From Candidatus Nealsonbacteria bacterium (lineage in GTDB: Bacteria > Patescibacteriota > Minisyncoccia > Minisyncoccales > RBG-13-42-11): a stretch of 64,000 nt of DNA. The stretch covers positions 19,805 through 83,804 of the forward strand of contig JAPLXL010000004.1 of NCBI GenBank assembly GCA_026396115.1, written 5' to 3'. The notes under the pieces are model-generated. The model was given only the letters and a program-made list of their open reading frames with translations, was not told the DNA's origin and did not search any database. Both the position numbers and the translations under genes were made by a program. This document shows, in pieces, positions 62,576 to 64,000 of this stretch; the first letter of the stretch is position 1; every line of letters starts with the position of its first letter.

Positions 62576-62980
62576 TTATCTTTTAACAAATTTTGTCTTT
62601 ATTGGCAATTTATCTGCTGCTTTTTTAAAAGCCTCCTCGGCCATTTCTTTTTTTATTCCATCTAATTCAAAAATAATTCTGCCGGGCTTTATTGGAAAAA
62701 CATAATGGTCTACACTTCCCTTGCCACCTCCCATTGGAACTTCTGTCCCTTTTTTTGTTATCGGTTTGTCCGGAAAAACTCTAATCCAAAGTTTTCCTCC
62801 TTTTTTAAGATACCTGAGAATAGCACGACGGGCTGATTCGATTTGTCTTGCCGAAATCCAAAGGGTGCTTAAAGACATTAAACCAAAAGAGCCAAAAGCC
62901 AGTGCGACTCCCCGAGACGCTTTACCTTTTGACCTTCCTTTTTGCCATTTTCGGTGTTTAACTTTTTTAGGATATAACAT
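62576..62980 (-). CDS. rplP: 50S ribosomal protein L16
   Basis: ATG 62980 ([11 protein letters not shown]..) preferred over upstream TTG. Confidence 0.95.
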   Translation of the reverse strand: MLYPKKVKHRKWQKGRSKGKASRGVALAFGSFGLMSLSTLWISARQIESARRAILRYLKKGGKLWIRVFPDKPITKKGTEVPMGGGKGSVDHYVFPIKPGRIIFELDGIKKEMAEEAFKKAADKLPIKTKFVKR

Positions 62981-62983
62981 AAT

Positions 62984-63027
62984 CAAAGAAATAAATCTCT
63001 TCTTCAGCCTTCATTGCGATTCGGCTA
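62984..63027 (+). repeat. GCPE repeat, CATTGCGATTCGG-tail variant (rpsC-rplP spacer)
   Basis: CAAAGAAATaaATCTCTTCTTCAGCCTTCATTGCGATTCGGCTA; contains the rpsC stop. Confidence 0.75.
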
Positions 63028-63672
63028 GTCAAAGCGTTCTCCTTTATATATCCAAACCTTTATTCCTATTGTTCCATAGGTACAATAAGCTTGTTCTTCA
63101 GCAAAATCAATATCAGCTCTTAAAGTTTGGCGCGGCAATCTTCCTTTTTGCAACCATTCTCGTCTGGCAATTTCTGCTCCGTTCAATCTGCCAGCCACCT
63201 CAATTCTCGCCCCTTTTACTTGCCTGGATAAAGTAATTTTACTTAAAGCTTGTTTTAAAACCCTTCTGAAATGAACTCTTTTTTCAATTTGTTGCGCGAT
63301 ATATTGAGCGGACAAGGCCGCAGACGACCAAATATCTTTAACCTCTCTGATTTCAAGCCTAACCTCTTTTTTAGATTCATTGTTTTTAAAAACTTTGGCC
63401 TCCAATTCTTTCTTTAATTCTTCAACTCCGCTCCCTCCCCGACCAATAATCAAACCAGGTCTGGCACTGAAAATAATTATATTTAATTTACCAGAAAATC
63501 TTTCAATTTCGATTTTTTCTACCCCCAATTTACCAATTTTCTTTTTAAATAACTCTCTAATTTTAAAATCCTCCTCTAAATATTTAGGGAACTTTTTTAT
63601 ATCAAACCAGCGAGAGTTCCAATCAGCTAATTTTCCTAATCTGAATGCTTTTGGGTGAACTTTATGCGACAT
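63025..63672 (-). CDS. rpsC: 30S ribosomal protein S3
   Basis: MSHKVHPKAFRLG.., KH domain, GAEIARREW. Confidence 0.95.
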   Translation of the reverse strand: MSHKVHPKAFRLGKLADWNSRWFDIKKFPKYLEEDFKIRELFKKKIGKLGVEKIEIERFSGKLNIIIFSARPGLIIGRGGSGVEELKKELEAKVFKNNESKKEVRLEIREVKDIWSSAALSAQYIAQQIEKRVHFRRVLKQALSKITLSRQVKGARIEVAGRLNGAEIARREWLQKGRLPRQTLRADIDFAEEQAYCTYGTIGIKVWIYKGERFD

Positions 63673-63675
63673 ATT

Positions 63676-64000
63676 CTAAAACGACTTTCGTCTAAATATT
63701 CTTTTTATTACTCCTTTTTCGATTTTTGGCTTAGTTATCTCAATTTTTGGTTTAGGTTTAGGAGTTTTCAGTTTAGTAATTTTTTCTTTCGCTTCTTCAA
63801 ACATCGTTTCTTTTGGTCTTTTAATTTTTTTAACTTTTTTCTTGGTTTTTACTTTTTCATCAAGAATAATAGTAATATGGGAAGTTTTTTTCTGAATTTC
63901 GTAAGTCTGACCTCGGGCACGAGGCCGCCATCTTTTATATTTTGGTCCCTCGTCTACAGTAATTTTGGAAATATATAAATTATCTGGGTTTAACTGAAAA
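63676..64000 (-). CDS. rplV: 50S ribosomal protein L22 (5' part beyond window), with long Lys-rich C-terminal tail
   Basis: Hand translation of minus strand: ..ITVDEGPKYKRWRPRARGQTYEIQKKTSHITIILDEK.. then about 55-aa basic tail; the + strand ORF 63655..63978 is its antisense. Confidence 0.85.
   Translation of the reverse strand, partial: FQLNPDNLYISKITVDEGPKYKRWRPRARGQTYEIQKKTSHITIILDEKVKTKKKVKKIKRPKETMFEEAKEKITKLKTPKPKPKIEITKPKIEKGVIKRIFRRKSF

Noticed and set aside
63655-63978. Plus-strand ORF 63655..63978 and other antisense ORFs within ribosomal-protein, secY, dnaK, pyrG and PBP2 genes
   Set aside because: They lie opposite strongly supported genes. The low-complexity F/L/S-rich translations are typical of antisense reading of Lys/Glu-rich AT-rich genes. 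The minus strand at 63676-64000 encodes L22.

Overview
AT-rich bacterial window whose gene content fits a Candidate Phyla Radiation / Patescibacteria (Parcubacteria-like) genome; this placement is inference. Left to right: a MacAB-like efflux operon, tRNA-Ala(UGC), and a 23S-5S rRNA unit with no 16S nearby. The 23S carries two group I introns, one with a decayed LAGLIDADG ORF. Then a cell-envelope block (mreC-mreD-mrdA, lysS, serS, murF, DegT aminotransferase, FemAB, ftsQ), two ArnT/PMT-like glycosyltransferases, and hrcA-grpE-dnaK-dnaJ with a CIRCE operator. These are followed by tRNA-Lys(UUU), ctpA, rplI, pyrG, rpmA and uppS. From about 38 kb the coding strand switches to minus: a LAGLIDADG-like gene plus Xer-type recombinase, gltX, a MurG C-terminal-domain-only ORF and a Cas4-like nuclease. 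The long ribosomal-protein/secY/adk/map/infA/rpoA cluster comes last; it is split by a 6.7 kb block (hypothetical, alaS, DUF458-like, tpiA, galT, GT2) and has no L30 gene. The main result is a very dense family of modular two-hairpin palindromic elements, working label GCPE. The forward consensus is GGCGAAGAGGA-loop-TCCTCTTC-TTCACCTTC-GCTTCC-loop-GGAAGC-TCGGTA. I count about 56 copies or fragments, about 3.4 kb by hand tally. They fill intergenic spacers, often ending 0-2 nt before a start codon. They also sit in frame inside conserved proteins (uS9, TIM, AlaRS, GrpE, PBP2, MurF, FtsQ, DegT, MreD). One sits in an intron hairpin and others flank the rRNA genes. They nest into one another and mark an apparent rearrangement at murG. 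All coordinates and motif calls were made by eye; no searches were run.
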